Made by a program: the position numbers and the translations under genes. Shown here in pieces: positions 10,415-19,680 of a stretch of 64,000 bases of DNA (position 1 is its first letter; each line of letters opens with the position of its first letter). The notes under the pieces were generated by a model, which was not told the DNA's origin, searched no databases, and worked only from the letters and a program-made list of their open reading frames with translations. This DNA is from an uncultured Verrucomicrobiae bacterium (GTDB lineage Bacteria; Verrucomicrobiota; Verrucomicrobiia; Chthoniobacterales; UBA10450): positions 185,653-249,652 of the forward strand of contig CAVYMO010000002.1 in the NCBI GenBank assembly GCA_963769625.1, written 5' to 3'.

Positions 10415-12009
10415 AATATATCTTTATAACCGGTGGTGTGATCAGTTCGTTAGGCAAAGGCCTCGCCGCCGCTGCCCTCGGCACGCTCCTCGAACTCCGT
10501 GGCCTGCGCGTCGTTTTCCAGAAGTTCGATCCGTATCTCAACGTCGATCCCGGGACGATGAATCCGTTTCAGCACGGCGAAGTTTATGTCCTGAACGATG
10601 GCGCGGAAACCGATCTCGATCTCGGCCATTACGAGCGCTTCACCAACTGCATCCTCTCGCGCCACAACAATCTGACCAGCGGCCAGGTTTACGAAAGCGT
10701 GATCTTGAAGGAGCGGCGCGGCGATTATCTCGGCAAGACGGTGCAGGTGATTCCGCACGTGACCGATGAAATCAAGAACCGCATCCGCGAGGTTTCGGCC
10801 GAGAGCAAAGCCGACGTCCTCATCACGGAAATCGGCGGCACCACGGGCGACATCGAAGGGTTGCCCTTCCTGGAAGCGATTCGGCAATTCATTCTCGAAG
10901 CCGGCCCGCAGAACGTCATCAACATGCACGCCACGCTCGTGCCTTTCATCAAAGCCGCGGGCGAATTAAAGACGAAACCGACTCAGCAAAGCGTGGCCAA
11001 GTTGCGCGAGATCGGTTTGCAACCGCAGGTCTTGCTCTGTCGCACCGAGATGGCGCTCGACGCGGACACGCGGCAAAAACTTTCCATGTTTTGCAACGTC
11101 TCGCCCAAGGCGGTGATCGAGGCACAGGATGTGCAACACACCATCTACGAAGTGCCGCTCATGCTGCACGAAGAAGGGCTTGATGGGCTCGTCTGCGAAC
11201 TGTTGCAGTTGGAAACGCCGCCGCCCGATTTGTCGGACTGGCGGAAATTTGTCGAGCGCATCGTCAGCCCGAGCAAGCGGGTCAAGATCGCGGTGGTCGG
11301 GAAATACATCGACCTGCAGGACGCTTATAAAAGCATCTACGAATCCCTCACCCATGCGGCCGCAAGCGAGGATTGCGGGATTGAGTTGAAACTGATCGAT
11401 GCCGAGACGTTGCAGGATGGCGTCGATAGCCAGCTCAAGGACGTGGCTGGAGTTCTCATTCCCGGCGGTTTCGGCGAACGCGGTGTGGAGGGTAAAATCA
11501 AAGCCACTCAGTTCGCACGCGAAGAAAAGGTGCCATTTCTTGGGCTTTGCCTCGGCATGCAGGTAGCGACGATCGAGTTTGCACGCAACGTCTGCGGGAT
11601 TGAAGAAGCGAACAGCACTGAGTTCGAAGAGAACGCAACCGAGCCGGTGATTTGCCTGCTCGACGAGCAACGCGACGTCCGCACGAAAGGTGCCAGCATG
11701 CGTTTGGGAACGTGGCCGACCAAGATCGCCAGCGGCACGTTGGCCGAAAAAATTTACGGGCACCCCGAGGTTCTCGAGCGCCACCGGCATCGTTACGAAT
11801 TCAACATGGACTACCGCGAGCGCATGGGCGCCAAAGGTTTTACCATTTCCGGCACCTCGCCGGACGGCGCATTGGCGGAATTGATTGAACTAAAGGATCA
11901 CCCCTACTTCATGGCGTGTCAGTATCACCCCGAGTTTCAGAGCAAGCCGAACCAGCCGCACCCATTGTTCAAGGGATTCGTGCAGGCTTGCCTCGCGCAC
12001 GGAGCTTAG
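10411..12009 (+). CDS. pyrG: CTP synthase
   Basis: MKYIFITGGVISSLGKGL, the ..DPYLNVDPGTMNPFQHGEVYV.. region, and the glutaminase domain GLCLGMQ..HRHRYEFN. Intact from ATG 10411, which overlaps the kdsB stop. Confidence 0.95.
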   Translation: MKYIFITGGVISSLGKGLAAAALGTLLELRGLRVVFQKFDPYLNVDPGTMNPFQHGEVYVLNDGAETDLDLGHYERFTNCILSRHNNLTSGQVYESVILKERRGDYLGKTVQVIPHVTDEIKNRIREVSAESKADVLITEIGGTTGDIEGLPFLEAIRQFILEAGPQNVINMHATLVPFIKAAGELKTKPTQQSVAKLREIGLQPQVLLCRTEMALDADTRQKLSMFCNVSPKAVIEAQDVQHTIYEVPLMLHEEGLDGLVCELLQLETPPPDLSDWRKFVERIVSPSKRVKIAVVGKYIDLQDAYKSIYESLTHAAASEDCGIELKLIDAETLQDGVDSQLKDVAGVLIPGGFGERGVEGKIKATQFAREEKVPFLGLCLGMQVATIEFARNVCGIEEANSTEFEENATEPVICLLDEQRDVRTKGASMRLGTWPTKIASGTLAEKIYGHPEVLERHRHRYEFNMDYRERMGAKGFTISGTSPDGALAELIELKDHPYFMACQYHPEFQSKPNQPHPLFKGFVQACLAHGA

Positions 12010-12047
12010 GCTCGCCAGCACAAGCGGCCGGTCTCCGCGTATCCCGC

Positions 12048-12185
12048 CTAGTTCGCTGCTTTTTTCTTCGCGGTCTTCTTTGCGCCGGTCGAGGTGGCGT
12101 TCGCTTTCTCGCGCGCGAGACGCTCCGTCTTTTTGCGGCGGGCGGCGCGTTTCTTTACGTTATCTCTGCCTTGGCTGTTTCCCAT
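12048..12185 (-). CDS. Possible small, highly basic protein (45 aa), speculative
   Basis: ATG..TAG ORF translated by hand: MGNSQGRDNVKKRAARRKKTERLAREKANATSTGAKKTAKKKAAN. It is preceded by a G-rich GGGGGA stretch and is too short for the ORF track. Confidence 0.3.
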   Translation of the reverse strand: MGNSQGRDNVKKRAARRKKTERLAREKANATSTGAKKTAKKKAAN

Positions 12186-12359
12186 AGTCCCCCACCCTCA
12201 CCGTGTTTCCGCTGTCGCCCAAGTTCTTTCGCATTCGTTCACGGCCCTTCGGCTTTCCTTCTTCGCGGCCGGCGAAGAAAACAGCAAGAATGGGAGGCGA
12301 AAGCTGCCCGCGCGGCAACGGATTTGACGCTCTCCAGCCCTCCACGAAGCTTGTTCTCC

Positions 12360-12926
12360 ATGATCACCCTCCTCTCGCTTGTCCTCCTTGCCGCCTGGCC
12401 TTCGCAACTCACGGTCGCCGCGGCCGGAATGTCGGCCGAGAGCCCTGAACTCGTTTCCGGTTGCTGGCACGATCCGCAGAGTGGCTACTATTTGTACAAA
12501 TCGGTGGATTGCGATGGCGCGCACACCAGCATCACGCTCACGAAGGATCGACGCATGGTGACCGAGTCCGGTTTCGAAGTGGCGCGCTTCGGGCGGAAAC
12601 CGGAAGAGGGCGCCGGCGCGAAGATCGAGAATCGCGTGCTCGATCTCACCACAAAAAACGGCATCCGCATCGGGATGAGCCGCGAGGACGTGGTGGCCAA
12701 ACTCGGGCAACCCGCGCGCACCGCCGTGCGCGGAGCGGACAAACAGTATTGGTGCGCCCTCTACAAGAAGGCGCAAATGGCGGACAAGGCCAATGGCCGC
12801 ATTCTGCGCAACACCTATATCTTTAAGAACGGCAAGCTGATCGAGCTCGCCATCAATCTCGATTCCGTCCCAGGTTGCGGGGACGACTCCACCTCGGACG
12901 AGGGCTGGCCCTGGTCAAAATTTTAA
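12360..12926 (+). CDS. Hypothetical secreted protein
   Basis: ATG 12360 gives the signal-like MITLLSLVLLAAWPSQLTVAAAG. This is the 3' part of ORF 11916..12926, whose 5' extension overlaps pyrG and is not credible. Confidence 0.6.
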   Translation: MITLLSLVLLAAWPSQLTVAAAGMSAESPELVSGCWHDPQSGYYLYKSVDCDGAHTSITLTKDRRMVTESGFEVARFGRKPEEGAGAKIENRVLDLTTKNGIRIGMSREDVVAKLGQPARTAVRGADKQYWCALYKKAQMADKANGRILRNTYIFKNGKLIELAINLDSVPGCGDDSTSDEGWPWSKF

Positions 12927-13006
12927 TCCCGGGGGACGCTCGCCTGTTTCTTGCTCTCTCTCAGGATGAATGTCCGGCCTGCGGCGGCGTCCAAACATCG
13001 ATTCCT

Positions 13007-13367
13007 ATGAAAAAACTACTCGTCCTCTGCCTTTCCACCATCCTCGTCCTCGCGACCAGCCATACCAGTCGGGCCGGTGAACAGGACTTCACCCTGGTCA
13101 ACAGGACCCGGGGCAGAGATTCACGCCCTCTACGTTTCTCCTGCCGACCAAAATGAATGGGGCAACGATATCCTCGGGCAGGACACGCTGGCTGCGGGCG
13201 AGAGCGCTGAGATCGAATTTTCCCCGGCTGAGGAAGCCGAGAAATGGGACCTCCGGGTCGAGGATGCCGACGGGAATTCGATCGAGTGGAACGATCTCGA
13301 CCTGATCGAAATTGCCAAAGTGACGCTGCACTTCAAAGACGGCAACGCCACCGCCGCCGTCGAGTAG
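13007..13367 (+). pseudogene. Small secreted hypothetical protein, frameshift near 13105 in a C/G run
   Basis: Signal peptide MKKLLVLCLSTILVLATSHTSRAGEQDFTLVN (ORF 12875..13156) joins GAEIHALYVSPADQNEWGNDILGQD..WDLRVEDADGNSIEW (ORF 13077..13367). Confidence 0.55.
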
Positions 13368-13423
13368 CCGTCTCGTCAGCCCTCCGGTGCGGCCTTTAGC
13401 TCCGCGCCGGGGCGTTCTTCGCC

Positions 13424-13795
13424 ATGGAATCTCCGATTCGAATTCTCGCGGTCGATAACGAACCGTCAGTTACCCTTTCTCTCCGTTTCGTTTTTTCGGA
13501 TCCCCGTTACGAGTTGACCTGCGTCCAGAGCGGCCAGGCTGCGCTGGCTCAGCTGGACCCCCATCTTCCCCTGTTCGACATCATTCTTGTCGATGAGCGG
13601 ATGCCGGGGCTTTCCGGCACGGAACTGGTCCGCGCGATTCGCCATCGCGGCATCGGAGGCAAGATCATTGCCCTTTCAGCGTTTCTCACCCCCGAAGTGC
13701 GGGAAACCTATCAATCTCTGGGCGTTGTCGCCATGTTCCGCAAGCCGTTTAACGTCCAGGAACTGCGCACCGCTGTGGATCGCTTCGCCCGGTAA
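13424..13795 (+). CDS. Single-domain response regulator (CheY-like receiver)
   Basis: RILAVDNEP, phospho-acceptor context IILVDERMPGLSG, ALSAF and FRKPF. 123 aa with no output domain. Confidence 0.85.
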   Translation: MESPIRILAVDNEPSVTLSLRFVFSDPRYELTCVQSGQAALAQLDPHLPLFDIILVDERMPGLSGTELVRAIRHRGIGGKIIALSAFLTPEVRETYQSLGVVAMFRKPFNVQELRTAVDRFAR

Positions 13796-13997
13796 GCGAA
13801 TGGCGCCGGACTCGGCGTCGCTGTCTGCGTCTTGTGGCGGCGAATCAAGGCCCCCAAAGATCCGTAACTCCGGGGGCAAAATTCGGCCTCGGTGGGTGTC
13901 TACGGCAACTCTTGACCGCGCCCCCTCCTTTCTCATAAAAAGAGGCGTCCGCCGGCCGGTTGGCCGGACCGGACGACACAAACTCATTCCCCCTCTT

Positions 13998-14510
13998 ATG
14001 AACCAGCAAATCCTCGCAATCGCCCTGATTGTTTTAATCGCCGGCCCGACCAGCATGTCTGGCCAGGAAGAAACCGCCCCCGCGCCCTCCACTTCCAGCG
14101 AAGCGACGAGCGCGGCCGTTCCGTTGCAAAAGACTGAAACGGAGGCCGACGGCATCTCCGCCGAATTGCTTTCGGTGCAACGCACGGAAGGCGACACGCT
14201 CACGATCAAGTTCAGATTCATCAACACGACCAAGGAAGAGATCGAGGTCAGCCAGGTGCTCACCAACTACAGCCCGAGCAACCTGGCGGAGATGATCTAT
14301 TACATCGACGGCAAGAATAAGAAGAAATACTCCGTGTTGAAGGACGCCAGCAACGTCTCCGTCGCGAGCAAGATGTCGGGTCTGAAACTGGCGGGCGGCG
14401 GCGCCAAGGCGGGTTGGGCCAAACTCCCTGCCCCACCCGCCGACGTGACTTCGATCACGGTCATGTTCCCGGGCACCCCGCCCTTCGAAGCCGTGAAGGT
14501 GGCTCCATAG
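13998..14510 (+). CDS. Hypothetical secreted protein
   Basis: ATG 13998 gives MNQQILAIALIVLIAGPTSMSGQ (signal-like) followed by a beta-rich sequence. It lies in frame within ORF 13587..14510. Confidence 0.6.
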   Translation: MNQQILAIALIVLIAGPTSMSGQEETAPAPSTSSEATSAAVPLQKTETEADGISAELLSVQRTEGDTLTIKFRFINTTKEEIEVSQVLTNYSPSNLAEMIYYIDGKNKKKYSVLKDASNVSVASKMSGLKLAGGGAKAGWAKLPAPPADVTSITVMFPGTPPFEAVKVAP

Positions 14511-14520
14511 GTTCCTCCAG

Positions 14521-15108
14521 ATGCGCGCGCGTGTTTGGTGCGGAGCCCTGCTCATCGTGACTTTGTTTGTCACCCGTGTGGTTGCTGCTGAGTCGATAGC
14601 GTCGCCTGCACTCGCTCTCGATTATCCCTCGTCGCCGTTGACGTATCCCATCGAGCCAATCAAAGGCGCCCCGGCCGAAATGCAGAACAAAGCCGTCGCC
14701 GTGGCGGGAGCCTCTTCAGCGCTCGATATGACCGAGACTGAGACCGAGATAAAAATCAGCCTTCTCGGCGACATCCTGTTCGATTTCGACAAGGCCGAGA
14801 TCCGGAGCGCGGCCGAGCCGACTCTCACGGAGGTCGTTGCCGTCATCCAGAAGCATCCGAAAGCGAAGATCCTGATCGAAGGTCACACCGACGCCAAAGG
14901 CAAACCTTCCTACAACGCGAAGTTGTCGAAACGACGCGCCGCTTCCGTGAAGGCGTGGCTGGCTGGCAAGGCAGTCGCCGGGGGCAGGATGTCGACGAGC
15001 GGATGGGGTGCCGAGAAACCGGTGGCGGAAAACACGCAAGCGGATGGCTCAGATAATCCCGACGGCCGGCAAAAGAACCGGCGGGTCGAACTCACGATCA
15101 AAAAATAG
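14521..15108 (+). CDS. OmpA-family (OmpA/MotB C-terminal domain) protein
   Basis: Signal-like N-terminus and an OmpA_C-like domain: ILFDFDKAEIRSAAEPTL..ILIEGHTDAKGKPSYNAKLSKRRAASVKAWL..GWGAEKPVA..NRRVEL. Confidence 0.85.
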   Translation: MRARVWCGALLIVTLFVTRVVAAESIASPALALDYPSSPLTYPIEPIKGAPAEMQNKAVAVAGASSALDMTETETEIKISLLGDILFDFDKAEIRSAAEPTLTEVVAVIQKHPKAKILIEGHTDAKGKPSYNAKLSKRRAASVKAWLAGKAVAGGRMSTSGWGAEKPVAENTQADGSDNPDGRQKNRRVELTIKK

Positions 15109-15238
15109 ATTACGGTTTCCTCTGTCGGCCAGACTCGCGCTTTTACCGTGCGCGAACACGGCGGCGCAGATGTTGTGACGCGGGGCGCTCCAGGGATGCA
15201 AGGTTGACGTGCCTCCCCATGGCCCTGACCCTGACTCA

Positions 15239-15610
15239 ATGCCGCTGGAAGTGACTGTGGATGAAAGGAAACGCGTAGTAACGATCCGCGGCTGGGGTGA
15301 CGTTAACGATCGCGACCTCGAGGCGGCGTGCGCGCACTGCCGTTCAGACCCGAAAGTGGATCCGAAGTTCACGCGCATGTGCGATCTCACGGCTGTAACC
15401 GGTGCGGAAATATCGGACGAGGCGCTGGAGAAGTGGGCGGCCGACCCGATCGCCAATCCCGCCGTGCGCCACGCGGTCATTTGCATCAACCCGGGCGCGG
15501 TCCAGCTGGCGATGGAATTCGCGGCACGGTCGAGACGTTATTTTCGCGAGGTTTCAGTCTTTCCCTCCCCGTCTGAGGCGGCGGTCTGGATGGCGGAATC
15601 TCGGGCCTAG
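15239..15610 (+). CDS. Hypothetical protein, possibly a SpoIIAA-like/STAS-type fold (guess)
   Basis: ORF 15209..15610, with ATG at 15239 (MPLEVTVDERKRVVTIRGWGDV..). The overall pattern and the C-terminal ..VFPSPSEAAVWM resemble STAS/SEC14-like small proteins found near sensor kinases. Not verified. Confidence 0.45.
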   Translation: MPLEVTVDERKRVVTIRGWGDVNDRDLEAACAHCRSDPKVDPKFTRMCDLTAVTGAEISDEALEKWAADPIANPAVRHAVICINPGAVQLAMEFAARSRRYFREVSVFPSPSEAAVWMAESRA

Positions 15611-15643
15611 CTTCCCCTGCGAGGAAACCTGCAATGCGGACTC

Positions 15644-16756
15644 CTAATGGGGTCCGGCGGCGGGCTCCATCGCTGGCGCGGAAGCGGCGGGCAGGCTGAT
15701 GGTGAAGGTCGACCCAGCGTCCTCTGCGCTCGCGACGGAGAGATCGCCGCCCATGGCGCGGATGAGTTCGCGGCTGATGGCGAGGCCGAGGCCGACGCCG
15801 CGCTGGCGATGCTCGATGCGGTGGCGATCCACCTGCACGAAGGGCTCGAAAATGCGTTCGAGATTTCCTGCCGGAATCCCGAACCCGGTGTCGCGCACCG
15901 AAATGCGAGTGGACTGGGCGTCGCCGCTGCATTCGACCGTGATCTCGCCGCCGGCGGGGGTGAACTTGATCGCATTTGTGAGGAGGTTAAGGAGCACCTG
16001 CTGGAGGCGGTCGGCATTGCCACGCAGGAAAAACTCGTCGGCACAGGCGGCACGGGTATAGCGCAATTTGGCTTCCGCGAGACGAGGCGTGATGAGGACC
16101 TCCGCGCGAGCGAGCGCGGCACCGACGCACACGGTGGAGAGAGTCAGCTCCGCGATGCCGCTGTCGAGCCGCGCGAAATCGAGGATGTCGTTGAGGAGAC
16201 GGACGAGTTCCTCGCTGGCAGAACGCACGGATTTGAGATCGCTTTCCTGCTCGGCGGTGAGCGGACCGCTGATCCGCTCCAGCAGAAGGTCGCAATAGCC
16301 AGAGATGGCCTGCAGAGGCGTGCGCAACTCGTGCGACATCATGGAAAGGAATTTCGCTTTCACCTCGCTGGCGGACTCGGCCATTTGCCGGGCGCGCACG
16401 AGTTCATCCTCATAGCGTGAGCGCTGCAGCATGCGCACGACAATGCACTCGCTCAGGCCCACGCCCGCGGTTTCGCGACGGAGGGCGTTGGTCAGGACCG
16501 GTATTTCGCTGCCGGCCCGGGTGCGCAAGGTCAGGTAAATCTCCTCGGCGGCGCCGTGCAACTTGAGAATGGGGAAGAAGTGAGTCTGGAAAAAAATGCG
16601 GCCACCGGCGCCGAGGACGGTTTCGAAATGTTGGCCCTCCAGATCGGCCGCGGTGTATCCGAGCATCGCGGACAGCGTGCTGTTGATGCGGTTGATTACG
16701 CCGTCATCGGTGAAGGCGAGGTAACCGCAGGGGGCGCGGTCTAACGAAATGTCCAT
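15644..16756 (-). CDS. Soluble PAS-domain sensor histidine kinase
   Basis: N-terminal PAS-like ~110 aa with no TM segments. HisKA H-box FLSMMSHELRTPL and HATPase_c motifs LLNLLTNAIKFT, DTGFGIP and GVGLGLAISR. Confidence 0.9.
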   Translation of the reverse strand: MDISLDRAPCGYLAFTDDGVINRINSTLSAMLGYTAADLEGQHFETVLGAGGRIFFQTHFFPILKLHGAAEEIYLTLRTRAGSEIPVLTNALRRETAGVGLSECIVVRMLQRSRYEDELVRARQMAESASEVKAKFLSMMSHELRTPLQAISGYCDLLLERISGPLTAEQESDLKSVRSASEELVRLLNDILDFARLDSGIAELTLSTVCVGAALARAEVLITPRLAEAKLRYTRAACADEFFLRGNADRLQQVLLNLLTNAIKFTPAGGEITVECSGDAQSTRISVRDTGFGIPAGNLERIFEPFVQVDRHRIEHRQRGVGLGLAISRELIRAMGGDLSVASAEDAGSTFTISLPAASAPAMEPAAGPH

Positions 16757-16783
16757 GAACGGGAAGGCGGGGTTGTGTCCACC

Positions 16784-17602
16784 TCACGCCGCCGGGATGG
16801 CGGCGAGATATTCGCGCATGAACTGGATCGTTTCGGCGGGTGCACTCATATGGGGGCAATGCCCGGAAGCCGCCATTTGCCGGAAGGTGCTGCCGGGAGT
16901 CGTGCGGGCGACGAACTCCCCGGCGGACAGCGGCGCGATGGTGTCGTGGCTGCATTGCAAGATGAGGGAAGGCACGCGCAAGGCAGCGAAATCGGCGCGA
17001 TTATCGGAAAGAAAAGTCACTTGGGCAAATCGCCGCGCGATCTTGGGGTCGGTGGCGCAAAAACTTTGCTCGAGTTCGTGGGTCAGCGCTTCTTGATCGG
17101 GATTCTTCATTACGGCGGGAGCAAGGAAACTGGCCCAGCCGAGATAATTCTTGTCCATCATTTCGAGCAAACCCTCGATATCGGCGCGCTCGAAACCGCC
17201 AACGTAGCCGGACGGATCATTAATATAGGAAGCGGAGGGGCCCACCATGATGAGCTGGGCGAAACGTTCCGGGGCTTGATTCGCCGCGAGGACACCGATG
17301 ACGCTGCTGACGGAGTGTCCCACGAAAACGACGTCCCGCAGGTCGGCGGCGTCGAGGATTTCCAGCACGTCGCGCGCGTAGCCATCAAGCGCGCCGTATC
17401 GCTGCGGGTCGTAAGCACTCAGGTCGGACTTGCCAGAGCCCACATAATCGAAAAGGACGAGCTTGAAGTCGTCGGCAAAGGCGGGAGCGACGAAGCGCCA
17501 CATGTTTTGGTCGCAGCCGAAGCCGTGCGCGAAAACCATCGGCTGGCCGTCCGGTCGGCCGGAGATTTGGACATTGTTGCGCTGGAGCACTGAGGAAGAC
17601 AC
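16784..17602 (-). CDS. RsbQ / KAI2-D14-type alpha/beta-fold hydrolase
   Basis: 272 aa. FAHGFGCDQNMW, nucleophile elbow FVGHSVSS, acid CSHDTIAP and His motif ASGHCPHMSAP closely resemble the RsbQ signature. It ends 27 nt upstream of the PAS kinase start. Confidence 0.85.
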   Translation of the reverse strand: MSSSVLQRNNVQISGRPDGQPMVFAHGFGCDQNMWRFVAPAFADDFKLVLFDYVGSGKSDLSAYDPQRYGALDGYARDVLEILDAADLRDVVFVGHSVSSVIGVLAANQAPERFAQLIMVGPSASYINDPSGYVGGFERADIEGLLEMMDKNYLGWASFLAPAVMKNPDQEALTHELEQSFCATDPKIARRFAQVTFLSDNRADFAALRVPSLILQCSHDTIAPLSAGEFVARTTPGSTFRQMAASGHCPHMSAPAETIQFMREYLAAIPAA

Positions 17603-17640
17603 CCACTGAAAGTAGTTAGCGGATTAAAATATGCACGCTT

Positions 17641-19641
17641 TTGTCCGGTTTTGGTTTGACGCAAATCCGCGCGCGCCAAGGAAGTGCGACTTGCGCCCGA
17701 TTTGCTTTCCAGCATGCTGAGAAATTCGTGAAAGAGCGCACCCCTGCATGGCTCCGCGTTGGGGCAATTGGCGTCGCGACGGCTTTGGCCGCGGCCGCGA
17801 TCCGGGCCGCGATGTATCCCCTGGTCGAGACCGAGATTCCGTTTCTGACCTTCCTGCCTGCGGTCGTGGCCGCTGCACTTTGGGCCGGCAGCTGGGGTGG
17901 AGCCGTCGCCGGCACGGTGTCGCTCCTGCTGGCGCCCTTCTGGATGCGCGAGGGTGGCCATGCCCTCACCCGGATGGATTGGGCGAGCCTCGGATTTTTT
18001 GCCCTGACCTGCGCGATTGTCATCGCCGGCATGCACCGGGGCCATGAGGCGATGGTCCGCTCGGCTCGGCTGGACAGACAATTAGCGGAGGCGGAGCGGC
18101 GCCTGCGGCATTTGGCGGATAACATTCCGCAACTGGCGTGGATGGCGCGACCAGATGGTCATATCTTTTGGTACAACCAGCGTTGGTACGACTACACCGG
18201 TATGACGGCCGCGGAGATGGAAGGGTGGGGCTGGCAGAAGGTGCACGAGGAGGCGCTGCTGCCCGAGATCATTGCGCGCTGGACGGCGGCCGTGGCGGCG
18301 AAAGAGCCGTGGGAGGACACCTTCCCGATTCGACGGCATGATGGCGTCTTGCGTTGGTTTCTCTCGCGCGCCCGCCCGTTGCGGAACCAGAAGGGCGAGG
18401 TCGATCTTTGGTTTGGGACCAACACCGACATCACCGAGCACCGGGAGATGACCCAGGAACGTGAGCAACTCCTGGAGAGCGAACGTGCCGCGCGCTCGAA
18501 TGCGGAGCGGGCGAACTTCCTGAAGGACGAATTCCTCGCCACGGTCTCGCACGAACTGCGCACGCCCCTGAATGCCATCCTGGGCTGGACGCAGTTGTTG
18601 CGTGGAGGCGAAGTCAGCGAGTCCGTGGAGGAAGGGCTGGAGACAATCGAACGCAACGCCCGCGCGCAGTCACGCATCATCGAGGATTTGCTTGAGATGA
18701 GCCGCATCGTGGCAGGCAAGGCCCGGCTGGATGTGCAGCCCACGGATTTACGTGCGGTAGTGACGGCGGCGGTGGACTCGCTCCAGCCCGCGGCGAACGC
18801 GAAAAACGTGGGCATCGTTACCGTGCTCGATCCAGTGCAACCGATCTCGGGTGATCCGGCGCGTTTGCAACAGGTGCTCTGGAATCTGCTCGGCAACGCA
18901 ATCAAGTTCACGCCCAAGGGCGGCCGCGTGACCGTGGTTTTGCAGCGGGTCAATTCGCACGTCGAGATCGTGGTGAGCGATACTGGACAAGGGATCGCGC
19001 CAGAGTTTGTGCCGTTTGTCTTCGAGCGGTTTCGACAGCAGGACGCGGCCGCGACGCGGCATCACGGCGGACTGGGTTTGGGTTTGGCGATCGTAAAAAA
19101 TCTCGTCGAACTCCACGGCGGCAGCGTGCACGTGGAAAGCGAAGGATTGAATCGCGGCACCACCTTTACGATCGCGCTGCCGTTGGTGACGGTGCAATCG
19201 TCGGCTGATCGCGCCCACCCTGCGACCGCAACCGAAACCAAGGAGCCCCTGCAAGTGCGCCTTGATGGCGTGCGCGTCCTCGTCGTCGACGATGAGCGCG
19301 ATTCGCTGGAACTGGTGCGCCGACTTCTCGAGGGCTGCGAGGCGGAAGTGTTGCTGGCGAGTTCAGCGGATGATGGCTTGCGCGCAGTGGAGGATGGCAA
19401 GCCGGACGTGATCGTGAGCGACATCGGCATGCCGGATAAAGACGGCCTGCAAATGATGCGCGAACTAAGGGCGCGCCATTCGGGGGCGCGCGTGCCGGCG
19501 CTGGCACTAACGGCGTTTGCGCGCTCGGAGGACCGGACGCGCGCGATGCTGGCCGGTTATCAGGTGCATCTGTCGAAGCCGGTGGAAGCGCAGGAATTGA
19601 TTGCCGCGGTGGCGAACCTCGCCGGACGCACTGGAGTGTAG
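17641..19641 (+). CDS. Hybrid sensor histidine kinase / response regulator (membrane N-terminus, PAS, HisKA, HATPase_c, REC)
   Basis: TM-rich N-terminus, PAS (NIPQLAWMARPDGHIFWYNQRW), H-box ATVSHELRTPLNAI, LWNLLGNAIKFT, DTGQGI, GGLGLGLAIV, and a receiver VLVVDDE..VIVSDIGMPDKDG..SKP. The start is uncertain: 17641 per the ORF track, or GTG 17728. Confidence 0.9.
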   Translation: MSGFGLTQIRARQGSATCARFAFQHAEKFVKERTPAWLRVGAIGVATALAAAAIRAAMYPLVETEIPFLTFLPAVVAAALWAGSWGGAVAGTVSLLLAPFWMREGGHALTRMDWASLGFFALTCAIVIAGMHRGHEAMVRSARLDRQLAEAERRLRHLADNIPQLAWMARPDGHIFWYNQRWYDYTGMTAAEMEGWGWQKVHEEALLPEIIARWTAAVAAKEPWEDTFPIRRHDGVLRWFLSRARPLRNQKGEVDLWFGTNTDITEHREMTQEREQLLESERAARSNAERANFLKDEFLATVSHELRTPLNAILGWTQLLRGGEVSESVEEGLETIERNARAQSRIIEDLLEMSRIVAGKARLDVQPTDLRAVVTAAVDSLQPAANAKNVGIVTVLDPVQPISGDPARLQQVLWNLLGNAIKFTPKGGRVTVVLQRVNSHVEIVVSDTGQGIAPEFVPFVFERFRQQDAAATRHHGGLGLGLAIVKNLVELHGGSVHVESEGLNRGTTFTIALPLVTVQSSADRAHPATATETKEPLQVRLDGVRVLVVDDERDSLELVRRLLEGCEAEVLLASSADDGLRAVEDGKPDVIVSDIGMPDKDGLQMMRELRARHSGARVPALALTAFARSEDRTRAMLAGYQVHLSKPVEAQELIAAVANLAGRTGV

Positions 19642-19680
19642 GCACCCATCCGCGGGGAGAGTCCCGGCCGTTTCACAGGT

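Noticed and set aside
9796-12009. Apparent KdsB-PyrG fusion protein (737-aa ORF)
   Set aside because: The ORF runs from the middle kdsB segment through an out-of-frame stretch into pyrG. The true kdsB C-terminus is in ORF 10091..10414 with its own stop, and pyrG has a normal ATG at 10411.
11916-12359. N-terminal 148-aa extension of ORF 11916..12926, overlapping the pyrG 3' end
   Set aside because: The extension is low-complexity. A clean signal peptide begins at ATG 12360.
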